The notes below the pieces were generated by a model, which saw only the letters and a program-made list of their open reading frames with translations, ran no database searches and was not told the DNA's origin. Shown here piece after piece: positions 24,528 to 37,560 of a DNA stretch of 63,733 nucleotides. A program made the position numbers and the translations under genes. Positions within the stretch are counted from its first letter, which is position 1, and every line of letters begins with the position of its first letter. The stretch comes from Leucoraja erinacea. Taxonomy: Eukaryota. The stretch spans positions 20,088,001 through 20,151,733 of the forward strand of contig NC_073404.1 of the NCBI RefSeq assembly GCF_028641065.1, given 5' to 3'.

Positions 24528-25717
24528 ACCTTTCTGTGGAGTGCAGAGTGAGATGGGCTACGTTGGGCATATTCCCCAGGAATGGATCAACGGAGAGTGA
24601 TCTGAACAAAGAGAAATTAGTAAGAAAAGTGGCCGGTAAATCTTATCCACCGGATTGAGAATTGAGGGGAAATTGTTGAATGTTGAAGTGAAATTTGAGT
24701 CTTTAAGACCTGTCCAGAAGATAAATATTTTCAGGGAATCTTTGAGACACGTATATCCCAGAAGGGCATAGATAAAGAATGGGCCGTTTAAAAGCGAGAT
24801 GTTATTTATGAAGGAGGCGTAGTAATGGATGTGGGGAATTTTATTTTTAAGGACAAGGTTGAAGTATCAATCATTTCAACTCCACACCAGCAAAGTGTTG
24901 ATATATGTTGTGATGACTGATTTGTTGTCCTTTATGATATCCTCTGCAGTCCAGTAATCCTTATGCCTCCTGTGGTGACCCAGTGATGAAAGCCAACTAT
25001 GGACAGAATGCTGGAGACCATTTGGTTGTGAGTGTGGTGAAGGAGAGAAAGAGAAAGGCTTGATTTGCCTGGTTGAAGGGAACATAGTAATCTGTTGCGT
25101 AGGAAGGAACTGCAGATGCTGGTTTAAATCCAAGGTAGACACAAAATGTTGGAGTAACTCAGCAGGACAGGCAGCATCTCTGGAGAGAAGGAATGGTGAC
25201 GTTTCATTTCGAGACCCTTCTTCAGATAGTAATCCTGTTCCTATGACATGGGACAGGGAGAGCAACCTAGTTACAATCTTGGACATGGAGAAGCTTTCCT
25301 CACACCTTTACCCATCTTACCTATTTTCAACCTCCACTGTGTTGTTTTAAACCACCTAACCCCATACTGATACGGGGCCCATTGCCACCCATCTGCCTAC
25401 CAGGGTACCAAGGACAAACCTTGTGAATATTGGCGCTCTACAGAGGAAACCCCTGTAATTTCATCTGTTTACAATAGACCACTGGTGTGGTTACAACTTC
25501 TTTTCAAAGACACAACAATATGTCAGTAAATGGTGAAAATGTAAAATGGTCTAGCAGTTTCTCTCATCCAGTGGGGTCCACTCTGATTAAGAAGGCAATT
25601 TATGAATGAGGACTTGATTTAAAGCAACTGATGTCTTCTTAATCAGGACGGGGTATGACCTCCCTTTGACAGTATTTATTGCTCTCCCTTTGACTATGTT
25701 TTGTTCCTTCGCTTTAG

Positions 25718-25837
25718 GAAGAGCAGGTTAAATACCCTTTGGACAAACTGCCGAATGTGGCCAATACAGAGAGGGAGTTGGGGAACCATTTCTTCCACCA
25801 GAAACGATACGAGGATGCAAAGGACCAGTACAAGAAG
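25718..25837 (+). CDS. FKBP6: FKBP6 exon (EEQVKYPLDKLPNVANTERELGNHFFHQKRYEDAKDQYKK), TPR1
   Basis: Pyrimidine tract plus TTTAG, AAG|GTACAG donor, 120 nt, phase 0/0. TERExGN motif as in FKBP6. Confidence 0.96.
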
Positions 25838-25924
25838 GTACAGAGTAATGTGTGGAAAAATAACACAGCATACTGACACCGTGAGTTACATATAAAGCTT
25901 GGTATGGATGTAGGACTAACAACC

Positions 25925-26236
25925 CAGAGGCTGCAGCGATTAGCACACCTCCAGATGCAGGGACAGTTTCTTCCCAGCCATTATCAGGCAACTGAACCAT
26001 CCTACCAACAACTAGTCCTGTGCTACTATCTACCTCATTGGTGACCCTCGGACTATCTTAATCGGTCTTTACTGGACTTTATCTTGCACTAAACGTTATT
26101 CCCTTTATCATGCATCTGTACACTGTGGATGGCTCGATTGTAATCATCTTTTGTATTAATGCTGACTGGTTAGCACGCAACAAAAAGCTTTTTGCATACC
26201 TCGGTACACGTGACAATAAACTTATCTCAAACTCAA
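25925..26236 (+). mobile_element. Rex1-type 3' end
   Basis: RDSFFPAIIRQLN followed by ...GTGACAATAAA and a short tandem tail. Confidence 0.7.
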
Positions 26237-28223
26237 TAGTTCTATCTCTGGTCACCTTTCTGCATAGATATTCTTGCAATCCAGAATGAGCCACATTTCT
26301 AGTTCAGCCAAGTTGTTCCAGTAAATAATTGGCAGTGTTTGAAATTCTCGTCAGTAGTGCTTTTGACTGCAACTTGCCTCTGATGTTTTGGCTTTGGCAA
26401 AACTCGCTAGCTCCAGGCCTCATCACAGCTCCAAGCCTCAGTCTAAACCAGCTGAATTCCAGACTCCGTGAGCTGGGACTGACTGCCCTGAACATGAAAT
26501 AGCGCAGACTCGCTGTTGTTCGAAGTCGTGCATCCCACAAAGGAAGATGGTTGTGATTATTAGAGGTCGGTCATCTCTGTTGAAGGTTATTGCGGAGGGA
26601 GTTACTGAAGGGCAGTCTCCTTGCCTCAAACACCTTCGGCTGCTTCATCTGGAAGACGTAGAAGTTCTCACTCTGTGATGTTCATTTGCAATTCTTAAAA
26701 ACAATTTAAGCAAGCTATGCCTGCATTCAACAAGTCCTGGACAACATTCGAGCATTGGCAGATCAAAGTTAAGTAACGTTCTCACCACACAAACACCAGG
26801 GAATGATCTATTCCCCCAGTAGATGGTCTAACCATATCCCAAATCTAAACATCATCCAAAAGGACACAAAGTCCTGGAATAAGTCAGTGGGTCAGGTAGC
26901 ATATCTGGAGAACATAGATAGGTGAGGTTTTGGGGCTGGATCCTAATTCAGCTTGGAGTCTGACTTTGTGTCTTTTTATGTAAAAAGTCATATCTGCCGT
27001 CCCTTATTTCTACATTTTCCCATCATCCTGCAGGTCCCTTTTGACTTGAACCTTAAATGGAACAGCCACATGGATAATAAATATTGGCCATGCCACAAGC
27101 ACTTGCAAAGTTATAAATAATCTTTTTAAAAGCTTCTCATCCTCTAATCCTTAGTGTACCTTTTTGGCTGAGTGATTCATATATATCAATGCAAGTATGC
27201 GTCTCAAGGATCAGCCCAATAAAGACACTTCCTGGAACAGCTGCCAAGCAGAGTGACTTTCTTGATTTTGTGTGATGGGTGATGTGGGAGGTTATTTTAT
27301 TATTGTCACATGTACTGAGGTACAGTGAAAAGTGATGTAGAATCTACTTGGCTTTAAAGCATGCAATTTTAACGAAACAATTGGAGTAGCAGCTTAATGG
27401 TACATTTCAGGACATCTCTGTCAATAACACATAGAATGTGCAGAATGTATCCGGTGGTAATAAAAATAGAAAATGATAAATTGTCAGGCAGCATATATGG
27501 AGAGAGAAACAGTTACCGGTTCAGATGAATGATCCTTCATCAAAATTGGCAAGGGGGAGGGGGGGGGGGGGAGAGGTGATGGGAATATATATGTATTTTA
27601 GGTTGAAGACATTTCTGCTCCAAAATTGCCTCTGTAATTGTTTAAAAATTGCCTCAAATAGTTACTCTGATTTCATTTGAAATTTGGGAACATGTGCTTC
27701 CAACATGTTGACTCAAGAGCCTGCAAATGCTGAATCTGGAGTAGGAAGTGGCGGTTGATATTTAAGGTCAGGACCCACTAAATCTGGATAGATGAAGTCT
27801 GTTCACAGATGGAACCCCCCACACAGAGTTCCTCCAGCAGATTGTTTGTTGCTTCTGATATGTCGTTGGGTGAGGTTCCCTAAAGGAACAGACAAGTTAG
27901 AAATGTTATCTTCAGTCGTCTAATTAATATATTTCTATGTAATACCAGAACGTAATCCCATTTTCCCCCTGTTTATCCTCTCTGACCATTCTGAATTATA
28001 TTTGATGCTCCTTACTTTGCTCTAGGGTTGCTATATTGTAGCATCTATGGCAAAACGAGTGAAGAAATCAGGATCTAAATTGCTAATCCCTGGGTTTTAA
28101 TTGCAAGTCTGTTTTCCCCACACCTCCGCTCGCCACAGCAGGCCAGACTGAGAGGAGAAGGAGCAGTGGTAGAAGTGCCCCACGTATTCTCCATTTCATC
28201 TTATTTTCATTATTTCTCTGCAG

Positions 28224-28421
28224 GCCCTGTCCGTGTTTGCCAACCGCCAACCGGCTAATGAGGCCCAAAACCAGAAATTTCACTCCTCCAAACTGTTGCT
28301 GTTCCTGAACCTCTCCATAATCTACTTGAAGTTGGACTTACCAAGCCGTGCACTGGTTTATGGGGAGAGGGCTTTACAGATTGAAAGCAAACATCCCAAG
28401 GCACTGTTCAGGTGTGGCCAG
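28224..28421 (+). CDS. FKBP6: FKBP6 exon (ALSVFANRQ...LFLNLSIIYLKLDLPSRALVYGERALQIESKHPKALFRCGQ), TPR2-3
   Basis: TTTCTCTGCAG acceptor, CAG|GTGAGT donor, 198 nt. LNLS..YLKL and KALFRCGQ motifs. Confidence 0.97.
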
Positions 28422-31070
28422 GTGAGTAGATTACACTCTGTACAGCTTCTAGCTGAGTAGGCCCGCATTTTACCATAAGACATAGGAGCAGGATTAGGCG
28501 ACACATCCCATCAAGTCTACTCCGCCAATCGATCATGGCTGATCTATTTTTCCCTCTCAGCCCAATTCTCCTGCCCTCTTCCCGTAACCTTTGATGCCCA
28601 TACTAATCACAAACTTATCAATTTCCACTTTATGAATACCTAGTGACTTGGCCTGCCCCACCATCTGTGAGAATGAATTCCACAGATTCACCACCATCTA
28701 GCTAAAGAAATTCCTCCTCATCTCCAATCTAAAGGTATGTTCTTTTTTTCTGAGGCTGTGCCCACTGATCCTAGATTCTCCCACTACTGGAAACATTCTC
28801 TCCACATCCACTAAGCCTTTCATTATTTGATTTTACCTTTCTGAAATCAGTTGAAACGGAGGGATCGTCATGGAACAGAACCGGCTATAGCCAACAGATT
28901 GTAAGTCTCTCCAGCCTGTAATTTACTGGATTAGTCCTATACTCCTTCTTAAAGAAAGAAACAACATTAGCTATTCTCCAATCCAGTGGAACCTTGCCTT
29001 TAGCTAAAGAGGATACTTGCGTATCGTTCCGTATCCCTCTATGCCCAACTCCTTCTGTGAAGTTGCCTCTTAAATATTGTTATTGTTCCATCACTTCCAC
29101 TGGCTGCTCATATCAGTTATCCAACCACTCTGGTTGTCATCTTTTTTTTAAATGCCTTCCTCTCATCGTAAACCTATGCCCCAAGGTTGAGAGATGCACC
29201 TGCCATGAGATACAGACATTTCATATCTACCGTCTCCATATCTTTTTTTTTTTTACCCCTATCATGTCAACTCTCAGACTGATCCCATCCAACCTCTCCT
29301 GATAACTAAAGCCCTCAAAATCCAAGCAACATCCTTGTGAATTTCTTCTGCACCCTCATTAGGTGATTCTAGCATCGATCCTTCAGGCACGCAAACCTCC
29401 ATTCTGGAAAAGAACAGTTTATCACAACTTTGCTTTTCTCCCTTAAGCCGGTGTTCATGCTACCATTTGATCCTTTTATTCCCCAAGTTCAGTTTTTGTA
29501 AACCAGCCTCTTTATGTGAGATTCTCGTCAGACTCTTTATGAAATTCCATTTCAACATCCTCTGCATTTCCTCCAGCATTCTTGGTCAGTCGAACGCTCT
29601 TTGATTTTAACAATTCTGTGCTGACCCTCTTTCAAAATGGTTTGAAATGTAAAAAAATAACTGCAGCTGGTGGAAATCTGAAACAAAAATAGAAAAGCTG
29701 GACAAGGCAACATCTGTGCAAAGAGAACAGTCAACGTTTCAGGTCTGCAACCCTTCGCCAGAACCTATTCATGGTTTTCCTGTTTTTATTTCTGCAAGTT
29801 TTCCCACCACCAAGTTGAAAATGACCAGTCCAAGTTTGCCAGAATGTGTTTGCAAATCTCCTCTGATCAAGGGAATTGCTTTGCTATTTTCCACTTCTCC
29901 AGAAGCTCTCCTTTATCTAGGAAAACTATGAAAGCCATTCCACCCTGTCTACCTCCACCTCGTATAAGAACTTAGAATATATTTTATTTACAGAGGATGC
30001 CTTTTACTTTACAATTAACTCAATTCCTCATCAATTTTTCACTTCTTCCATTGTCTCTTCTGCTAAGGTTTTGGCAACAACATATTTTGTGGTTAAAAAC
30101 TGATTTTTTGAAAATTAATTATACCGCAGCCTTCGTTTCTCCTTCTATGTCACGAAGTTGCACAACTCCTCCTTTTTCCTAGTTACCATTTGCATACCCA
30201 GTTGAAGACTTTTAGATTCCCTAGCACACGATTATCCCACTTTATTCAACTTGTTTTCTTCTTTATCTGTTCTTTCAAGACTCCTATATAAAGCCCAGTT
30301 CTTATTTTGAGTTATTTCGTTGGTATGTGTCTTGCACCTCTTTTGTTTCATTGTCCCTCTGTGTCTTTGTCCAACCTTTGGTTATTCTCCTGGTTTCCCC
30401 CCCTTGTGTGACTGTACAAAGCCTGCACTCTAAAGATTTTTTTAACCCATTGTCCCATTATATTTGAATCTGCCAATCTTTGTTCTCATTTAGCCTGGAC
30501 GGTTTCCTTCGTCTCATTGAAATAAACCCTGCTCAGGTTAATATGTTCTCGTGAGATTGCTCCCTGCTTTATTTACTCATCAAAATGTTATGACATGAAG
30601 AAAGTATCAGACTTGAAGAAAACACACAAAATTGCACAAAGGATATGGGAGGCAAGTCAAAAGATTTGACTGCATATTAAAAAAATAATAAATATTAATT
30701 AGAAAAGAAAAACTAAAGGACAAGACAATATTAGCTGTAAATCTAAAACCATAATTTCCTTGGCTTGTTTGTGTAGGGGAGGGGGGGGGGGGATTTAAAG
30801 TGAGTCTCTGGGTTGGCCATTCAATAAATGAAATGAGGGAATTAAAGAAAATAAGGAAATGGTCCAAGCTCGAAACAGGTATTTTGCATATTTTCACTAA
30901 AGCAGATACAAATAGCACCCTATAATGAGGTCTCCCCTCATCCTTCCAAACTCCAGCAAGTACAGGTCCAGTGCCTTCAAATGCTTATCATAAGTTAACC
31001 CAATTATTCCTGGGATCTTTCTTGTAAACCTCCTCTGGACCCACTCCAATGCCAGCACATCTTTCCTTGG

Positions 31071-34060
31071 ATTTCATCATCCCCATTTCTGGCTGTCTGC
31101 CTTCCAAGTCTCCAACCTTACTGTTTCCCAGCCCCGCACAGCCTGGTTTTACCATCTCCCCAAAATCCATAAACACAACAGCCCTGGGAGACCCATTGTT
31201 TCTGCCTGCTCCTGTTCCACTGAAATGATTTCCACGAACCTCCAATCCATCCTATCCCCCCCCCCCCCCGTCCCTGGTCAAATCTCTCCCGCCCTATGTC
31301 CAAGATACCTCACATGCCCTTCGTCTCTTTAATGACTTGCACTCTCCGAGCCCCCACTCTCTCATCTTTACTATGGACGTTCATTCACGTTCATTCACTC
31401 TACACTTCCATCCCCCACCAGGAAGGCCTTAAAGCCCTCCATTTCTTCCTGGACTGCAGAACCATCCAATTTCCCCTCTACTAACTACGCCTAGCGGAGC
31501 TGATCCTCGCCCTTAACATCTCCTTCGACTCCTCTCACTTCCTCCAAGTCCAAGGCGTGGCTATGGACACCCGCATGGGCCTCAGCTATGCCTGCCTCTT
31601 TGTAGGGTACGTTGAACAATCCCTGTTCTGGGCGTACACTGGCCCTATCCCCAAACTCTATCTCCGTTGCATTAACGATTGCATCGGTGCTATCTCCTGC
31701 ACCCATGCAGAACTCATGGACTTCATCAACTTCATCACCAATTTCCATCCTGCACTCAAATTTACTTGGACCATCTACGAAACCTTCCTCCCCTTTCTTG
31801 ATCTCACAGTCTCCATCACAGGAAATAGACTATTGACTGATGTCTATTACAAACCCACTGATTCCCACAACTATCTTGACTTCTTCTTCTCACCCTGCTT
31901 CCTACCAAGACTTTATCCCCTATTCCCAATTCCTCTGTCTACGCCGCATCTGTGCCCAAGATGAGGTGTTCCATCCGAGATGTCCTAATTCTCTAGGGAT
32001 TTGGGGGTGCCCCTCTCCCATTATAGATGAAGCCCTCACTCGTGTCTCCTTGGTACCCCGCAGCTCCGCCCTTGCTCCCCTTAACCCTAGTCGCAATAGA
32101 GACAGAGTCCCCCTAGTCCTTGCCTTTCACCCCATCAACCGTCGCATATAGCACATAATCCACTGAAATTTTCACCACCTCCAACGGGATCCCAACACTA
32201 GTCACATCTTCCAATCTCCACCCCTTTCCACCTTCCGCAGAGACAGTTCCGTCCGCAACTTCCTGGCCCCTCCCCAGATACCTTCCCCTGCATCCGCAGA
32301 AGATGCAACCACCTGTCCCTAGACCCCCTCCCTTGATTCTGCCCAGGGAACCCGACAGTCCTTTCAGGTTAGGCAGAGGTTCACTTGCAGCTCCTCCAAC
32401 CTCATCTATATCCGTTGTTCAAGATGTGGACTCTTATACATCAAACGTAACCTGTGCGATCATTTCTCTGAACACCTTCACTCAGTCCGCCTGAATCTAA
32501 CTGATCTCCTGGTTGCTAAACACTTTAATTCCCGTTCCCACACAGACCTTTCTGTCCTAGGTCTCCTCCATTGTCAGAGTGAGGCTAAAGGCAAATTGGA
32601 GGAACAGCATCTCATATTTTGCTTATAGCTCGGTGGTGCCAATATTGATTTCTCTAACTTCAGGTAGCCTCAGCAGTTCCCCTCCCCTACCCAAGATGCA
32701 GTGGCTTCTCGTTTTCACCCAACAAACAGCTATCAATGGCATGTTTCCTTTATCATCATAACTTTTTTGTATATCTTTCATTCATTGTTCTTTCTATATC
32801 GTCGTCTATATCTCTTGGTTCCCTTATCCCTAACCAGTCTGAAGAAGGGTCTTGACCCGAAACGACACCCATTCCTTCTCTCCTACCCCACTGTATGAAC
32901 ATTGACTTCTCTAGCTTCAAGTAACCCTTGCTTTCCCTCTCTCTCTACCCTCCTCCTTCCTCCCAGTTCTCCGGCCGGTCTTACTGACTCCAACTACATT
33001 TTATATCTGTTTGCTTTGTTGCCTTCTCCCAGCTAATAATGATCTATTCTACATTTTCTTTGACCTCCATTTCCTTTGTCCTGTTACACTTCCTTATCTA
33101 TGTATCTCCCTCTCCCGACAGATTCAAGATTCAAGATTCAATTTAATTGTCATTTGGACCCCTTGAGGTCCAAACGAAATGCCGTTTCTGCAGCCATACA
33201 TTACAAACAAATAGACCCAAGACACAACATAATTTACATAAACATCCATCACATCGCTGTGATGGAAGGCCAAAAAAACTTATCTCTCCACTGCACTCTC
33301 CTCCCCCCCGATGTCAGAGTCAAAGTCAAAGCCACCGGCTGGCGATGGCGATTGTCCCGCGGCCATTAAAGCCACGCCGGGTGGTGCAAGGTCGCACACC
33401 GGGTCTTGGTGTTAGAGTCCCCGGCGTGCGTTCGCAGAGTCCCGCGGCCATTCCAAGCCGCGCGGGGCGGTGCTGTAGGAGCTCTTCGACCCCGCAACTC
33501 GGGCGGGAGAAGTCGCCGTTGCGAGAGCCCTGAAAAGCGGTCTCCCTCCAGGGACCCGCGGGCTCCCGGTGCCGCCGTCCGCCAGACCCGCAGTTGCAGC
33601 CTCCGAATCTCCGGAGGTCAGGCCACAGCAGCAGCAGCGCTCCACCACCGCTCCACCCGCTCTGGACTCGGCCAGCTCCGCGACGGTGACGGTGAGTCGT
33701 CGGCACCAGAGTCCCCGGTCTTCTCCTGTTGGAGGCCGCTCCTCGTTGCAGCCCCAACGGCAACGGAGACCCGACAAGAAAAGGTCGGGTCTCCCGTGCA
33801 GGAGAGATTTAAAAGATTCCCCCTCCGTCCCACCCCCACCCCCACACACACACCCCAACAAAAAATAACAAAAACTACATAGAAACATAGACAAAAAATA
33901 ATAAAAACGCGGACGGGCTGCAGAGGCCGCTGCTGACGAGAGTCGCGCCGCCTACCGGAGACAGCTGTCTGAAGAAGGGTCTCGACCCAATACATCACCC
34001 ATTCCTTCTCTCTAGAGATGCTACCTGTCCCGCTGTTAATCTAGCTTTTTGTATCTATCT
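31071..34060 (+). mobile_element. Decayed Penelope-like retroelement (RT + GIY-YIG endonuclease) with tandem pseudo-LTRs
   Basis: RT motifs GVAMDTRMGLSYACLFVGYVE, YLRCINDCIG, LPFLDL and TDVYYKPTDSH. GIY-YIG-like RFTCSSSNLIYIRCSRCGLLYI and VAKHFNS. Frameshifted. Two terminal repeats with hammerhead-like motifs at about 32839 and 33969. Confidence 0.9.
33122..33959 (-). mobile_element. GC-rich non-autonomous retroposon with a Rex1-type 3' end, nested in the Penelope pseudo-LTR
   Basis: (TTGAATC)3 tail, 5-bp repeat GACAG at 33117-33121 and 33960-33964, host repeat resumes on both sides. CpG-rich, no recognisable protein. Confidence 0.8.
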
Positions 34061-34292
34061 CTCATCTAACTGATTGAAGACATTTGAGAAATCTTTAATC
34101 GGATTTTATCTTGCACTAAATGTTGGACCCTTTATCTGTACACTGTGAATAGTTTGATTGTAATCTTTTCTTTGACTGGATAGCATGCAACAAACCTTTC
34201 ACTGTACCTCAGGGCACATGACAACAATAATATCCTAAACTAATAGCATGCAAATAAAGCATTTCACTGTATCTCAGTACACACAACAACAA

Positions 34293-34690
34293 TAGAACAT
34301 AGAAAACATAGAAAAATAGGTGCAGGAGTAGGCCATTTGGCCCTTCGAGCCAGCATCGCCATTCAGTATGATCATGTCTGATTATCTAAAATCAGTATCC
34401 CGTTTCTGTTTTTTCCCCATATTCCTTTAGCCCTAAGAGCTGTATCTAACTCCCTCTTGAAAGCATTCAGTGAATTGGCCTCCATCGCCTTCTGTGGCAG
34501 AGAATTCCACAGATTCACAACTCTCTGGGTGAAAACGTTTTTCTTCATCTCATGCCTTAAACTGTGGCTCCTGGTTCTGGACTCCCCCAACATCGGGAAA
34601 ATGTTTCCTACATCTAGCCTGTCTAATCCTTTAAGAATGTTATATGTTTCTATGAGATCTCCTCTCATCATTCTAAATTCCAGTGAACAT
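34293..34690 (-). mobile_element. CR1 3' fragment
   Basis: RGDLIETYNILKGLD...FTQRVVNLWNSLPQ. Confidence 0.85.
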
Positions 34691-35328
34691 TGTATATCAA
34701 TATAAATCTGCACAACCCTGTTGAGATGTAACCAGACCTATAACCTCTCTTTTCTCTGCCATGTATCTAGCCACACATTAATCTGCTTTGCCTTCTTTTT
34801 CTCACCAGAACATGACACTGGTAGCACAGGAGATTAATGGAGGACCTGAGCTTCAACTTCTTTGCTGGCATCTGAAACAGTGACTGTGTTAGGTCAATCG
34901 TTGTGTCCTCTTTGTTGTGGTATAAAATGTTTCCTAACATCTGTGTTCTCCAATGCCCCTGCAACAGATTATTCACCTTGATATCTTCACCGTAGGGATC
35001 AAGAGGCAAAGGAACGAGGAACTTGATTGAAGGTTGCAGAAAGTCCTGTCTCCCTCCTGCTTTGGAATCTGCTGTGATTACTATCCATGTCTCTTCTCCC
35101 CCCCACTTTGTATATTGCAGAGTGTCATGTTCTCAATGATCTCAATCTATTGTGATCCATTCCACCATGGCTTTGATGCCAAGTATGTGTTTGAGAGAGG
35201 CACACATTCAAAAATAATCCTGCACTTCCTGACCTTTAGATGACGTCCTCTTTCCATCTTATGCGCTCTCCGCTTGTACGTAACCCTCGTGGCTAACCAA
35301 GTTGTTTGTGTGGTCCGTCTTGTGCCAG

Positions 35329-35438
35329 GCCTGTATGCTGCTGCTGGAGTACGACAAAGCCAAAGATTTCCTCATTAAAGCACAGAAACTGGAGCCGTTC
35401 AACCCGGACATCAACTCTGCCCTGGTGAAGCTTGACGG
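35329..35438 (+). CDS. FKBP6: FKBP6 exon (ACMLLLEYDKAKDFLIKAQKLEPFNPDINSALVKLD)
   Basis: GTGCCAG acceptor, GG|GTGAGA donor, 110 nt. Resembles human ACLLLTEYQKARDFLVRAQKEQPFNHDIN. Confidence 0.96.
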
Positions 35439-36595
35439 GTGAGAATGGTCTCTCCTGGAAAACTCTGATCTGCAGATCATTGTATAGGCACATCATTGTA
35501 ATATTTGAAATAATGCAGGGACCGTTTTCAGACACTGCACGTGGTAAGGAAGCCTTGCCCACTGTGGAAAGTATTTTGGTAAACTGAGCACATGATTTTC
35601 CGATTGCATCAAATCTACACAGCCAGAAAATGTCCCCAGTCAGTACGTGTTATCATAAAAAATAATTCACAATTTGTACTTTTTATGTTATGGTTGTTTT
35701 AATTATATTATTGAAGTAATATTTTCTTTGTGGCATCAAGTCTTGCTTGAGTTGAGGCTGGGTTCTGGAATATTGGTTTGTGGGAACTGGGCAACAGCCC
35801 TCCTGTTTTTCTGAGTAAATTAGGAGACATTTCAAGGTTAATATGAAAATGTCAAAGATTCTCTGTAAACCAAATTCTGGAACAAAATACATTAAAGCAG
35901 TATATGGGATATTCAACAGAAAAGAATGAAACATCTGAAATTCTGGTGTTTCTTTTGAGACTGTTTGCTTTGGAATTTGAAATCCAGGTAGAGCCAAAAT
36001 TTGGTAAACGGGCAGAGTGTTAACACTGAGGATAGCTGAGCAACACTGCTACAAGATCAGGGATGTATGAGTAATGCCTCCTCCATCCTGAGGGACAACA
36101 ATGTGCTGTGTATCGTTGTATTACACTGATTCTGGCACTAGGTGGGGCTAGTGGACTTCATTGTGATGGATATGAGTGGAAACGGTGATGTTGCATAGTG
36201 TGGATAGTATCTTTATTGTTATGCCACTGTTTTAAAAACTTGTACATGAAACTTAATTATATTACGCATTGGATTACCAACACTGTGACTTGGGTTGATC
36301 TAGTTTGGATCTAACACCTTGATTTTAAAACCACCTGCTATGAACTTTTTACTGCTGTAATCTAGAAGAGAGTGGTGAGGAAACTGCAAGGTGCATCACT
36401 CTCACTCACATGCATCTCACCTGATAACTAGTCAGGATGGGATTGATTTTATTTTTCATATATGTCAACTGCAAATGAGCTGAGAATTAAAGGGGTGGTA
36501 GCCAATAGAAAGGAGAAGTTTCCATAACTAATGCTGAAAGCATGGAGTTTCCAGCTGCTAAATGTCTCCATTTGATCATTTTGCTTTTCACCCAG

Positions 36596-36680
36596 CTGTT
36601 TTCGAGAGTGGAACTTGAAGGAGAAGGAAATGTGCAGCAGGATGTTTGCTGCTTCGAAACATGCGACAGTGAAAGACTAA
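36596..36680 (+). CDS. FKBP6: FKBP6 last coding exon (CFREWNLKEKEMCSRMFAASKHATVKD*)
   Basis: TTTTCACCCAG acceptor, phase 2, KEKEM..RMF motif. TAA at 36678-36680, then G|GTGAGC donor. With the candidate start exon the CDS totals 960 nt (319 aa). Confidence 0.93.
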
Positions 36681-36899
36681 GGTGAGCAATTAGTGACTAC
36701 TTTCTATTTAAACAAAGTCGCTTTCCTTAGTCACTTGGGATCAAGGATGACTTTCAGAAGATAGACACAAAAAGCTGGAGTAACTCAGCAGGGCAGGCAG
36801 CATCTCTGAACAGAAGGAATGGGTGATGTTTTGGGTCAAGACCCTTCCTCTGACTTACTTGCACTCCAGTTTTGAAGGCTGATCATCCCAATGTGGGCC

Positions 36900-37560
36900 A
36901 TACAAGGTGATGGTACTGGATGGCTGAATGGGTGGGCAGTTCGAATGGTTTATCTTCTTTTCACTGGGCTTTTGCTTGCCCCCACCAGAGACTCGAGGTT
37001 CTCAATGCCCTCCTGAATGCTCAAGGGCCAGATATTGTCAAGATTCAGAAAGGTTGTTATATTTTTCTTCAAGTAGGCTTGGAGGACATCCTTGCACATG
37101 TAATTTTCTGCCAGGATTGTTAACTTGAGAGAAGTTGCTTCATTTACGCTGCCTGTGGGTTTTGAGGTGTTTGCAGTGATTTTGTTGGTGGTCGGTATCC
37201 TGCCATTGCCTGAAGGTGGTCCATGACCCTGACGTATGCAGGAGGGCGAGGACCATTGCTGTTCTGTAAATTAGGATTACGGATGGGTTTGTGATATTTT
37301 AAATGTTTTTTCCAAAGATGGCTAAAGGCTGTGCTCACACATCTGCTGCACAGTGAATTTCAATGTCGATGTCTGCCGTCACTAGATGGTAGCCCCCAAT
37401 ATAGAGGAACCAGTTTATATCTTCTTGTAAATTTTAGTCAGGGGTGTGTTGTTATGCAGCAGGGCAGGTTGGTTGAGGACCTTGTTTTGCAATCATTTAG
37501 TGTAAGCTCCGTTCTCTCTAGTTCCTTCAGTGAGTGAGTTAGTGGTGATTTGGAACTTGA
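36900..37560 (-). mobile_element. Degenerate RTE-clade LINE fragment
   Basis: FLYIGG...ADIDIEIH and STAFSHLWKK resemble the RTE FPYLGS...DIDDEI...SAAFGRL motifs. Confidence 0.55.

Noticed and set aside
33147-33998. Cluster of overlapping 100-160 aa ORFs
   Set aside because: Expected from high GC content. No recognisable domain, and it lies in a tailed retroposon.
34809-34892. Possible poison cassette exon after a strong acceptor
   Set aside because: Weak donor, no homology and no supporting evidence.
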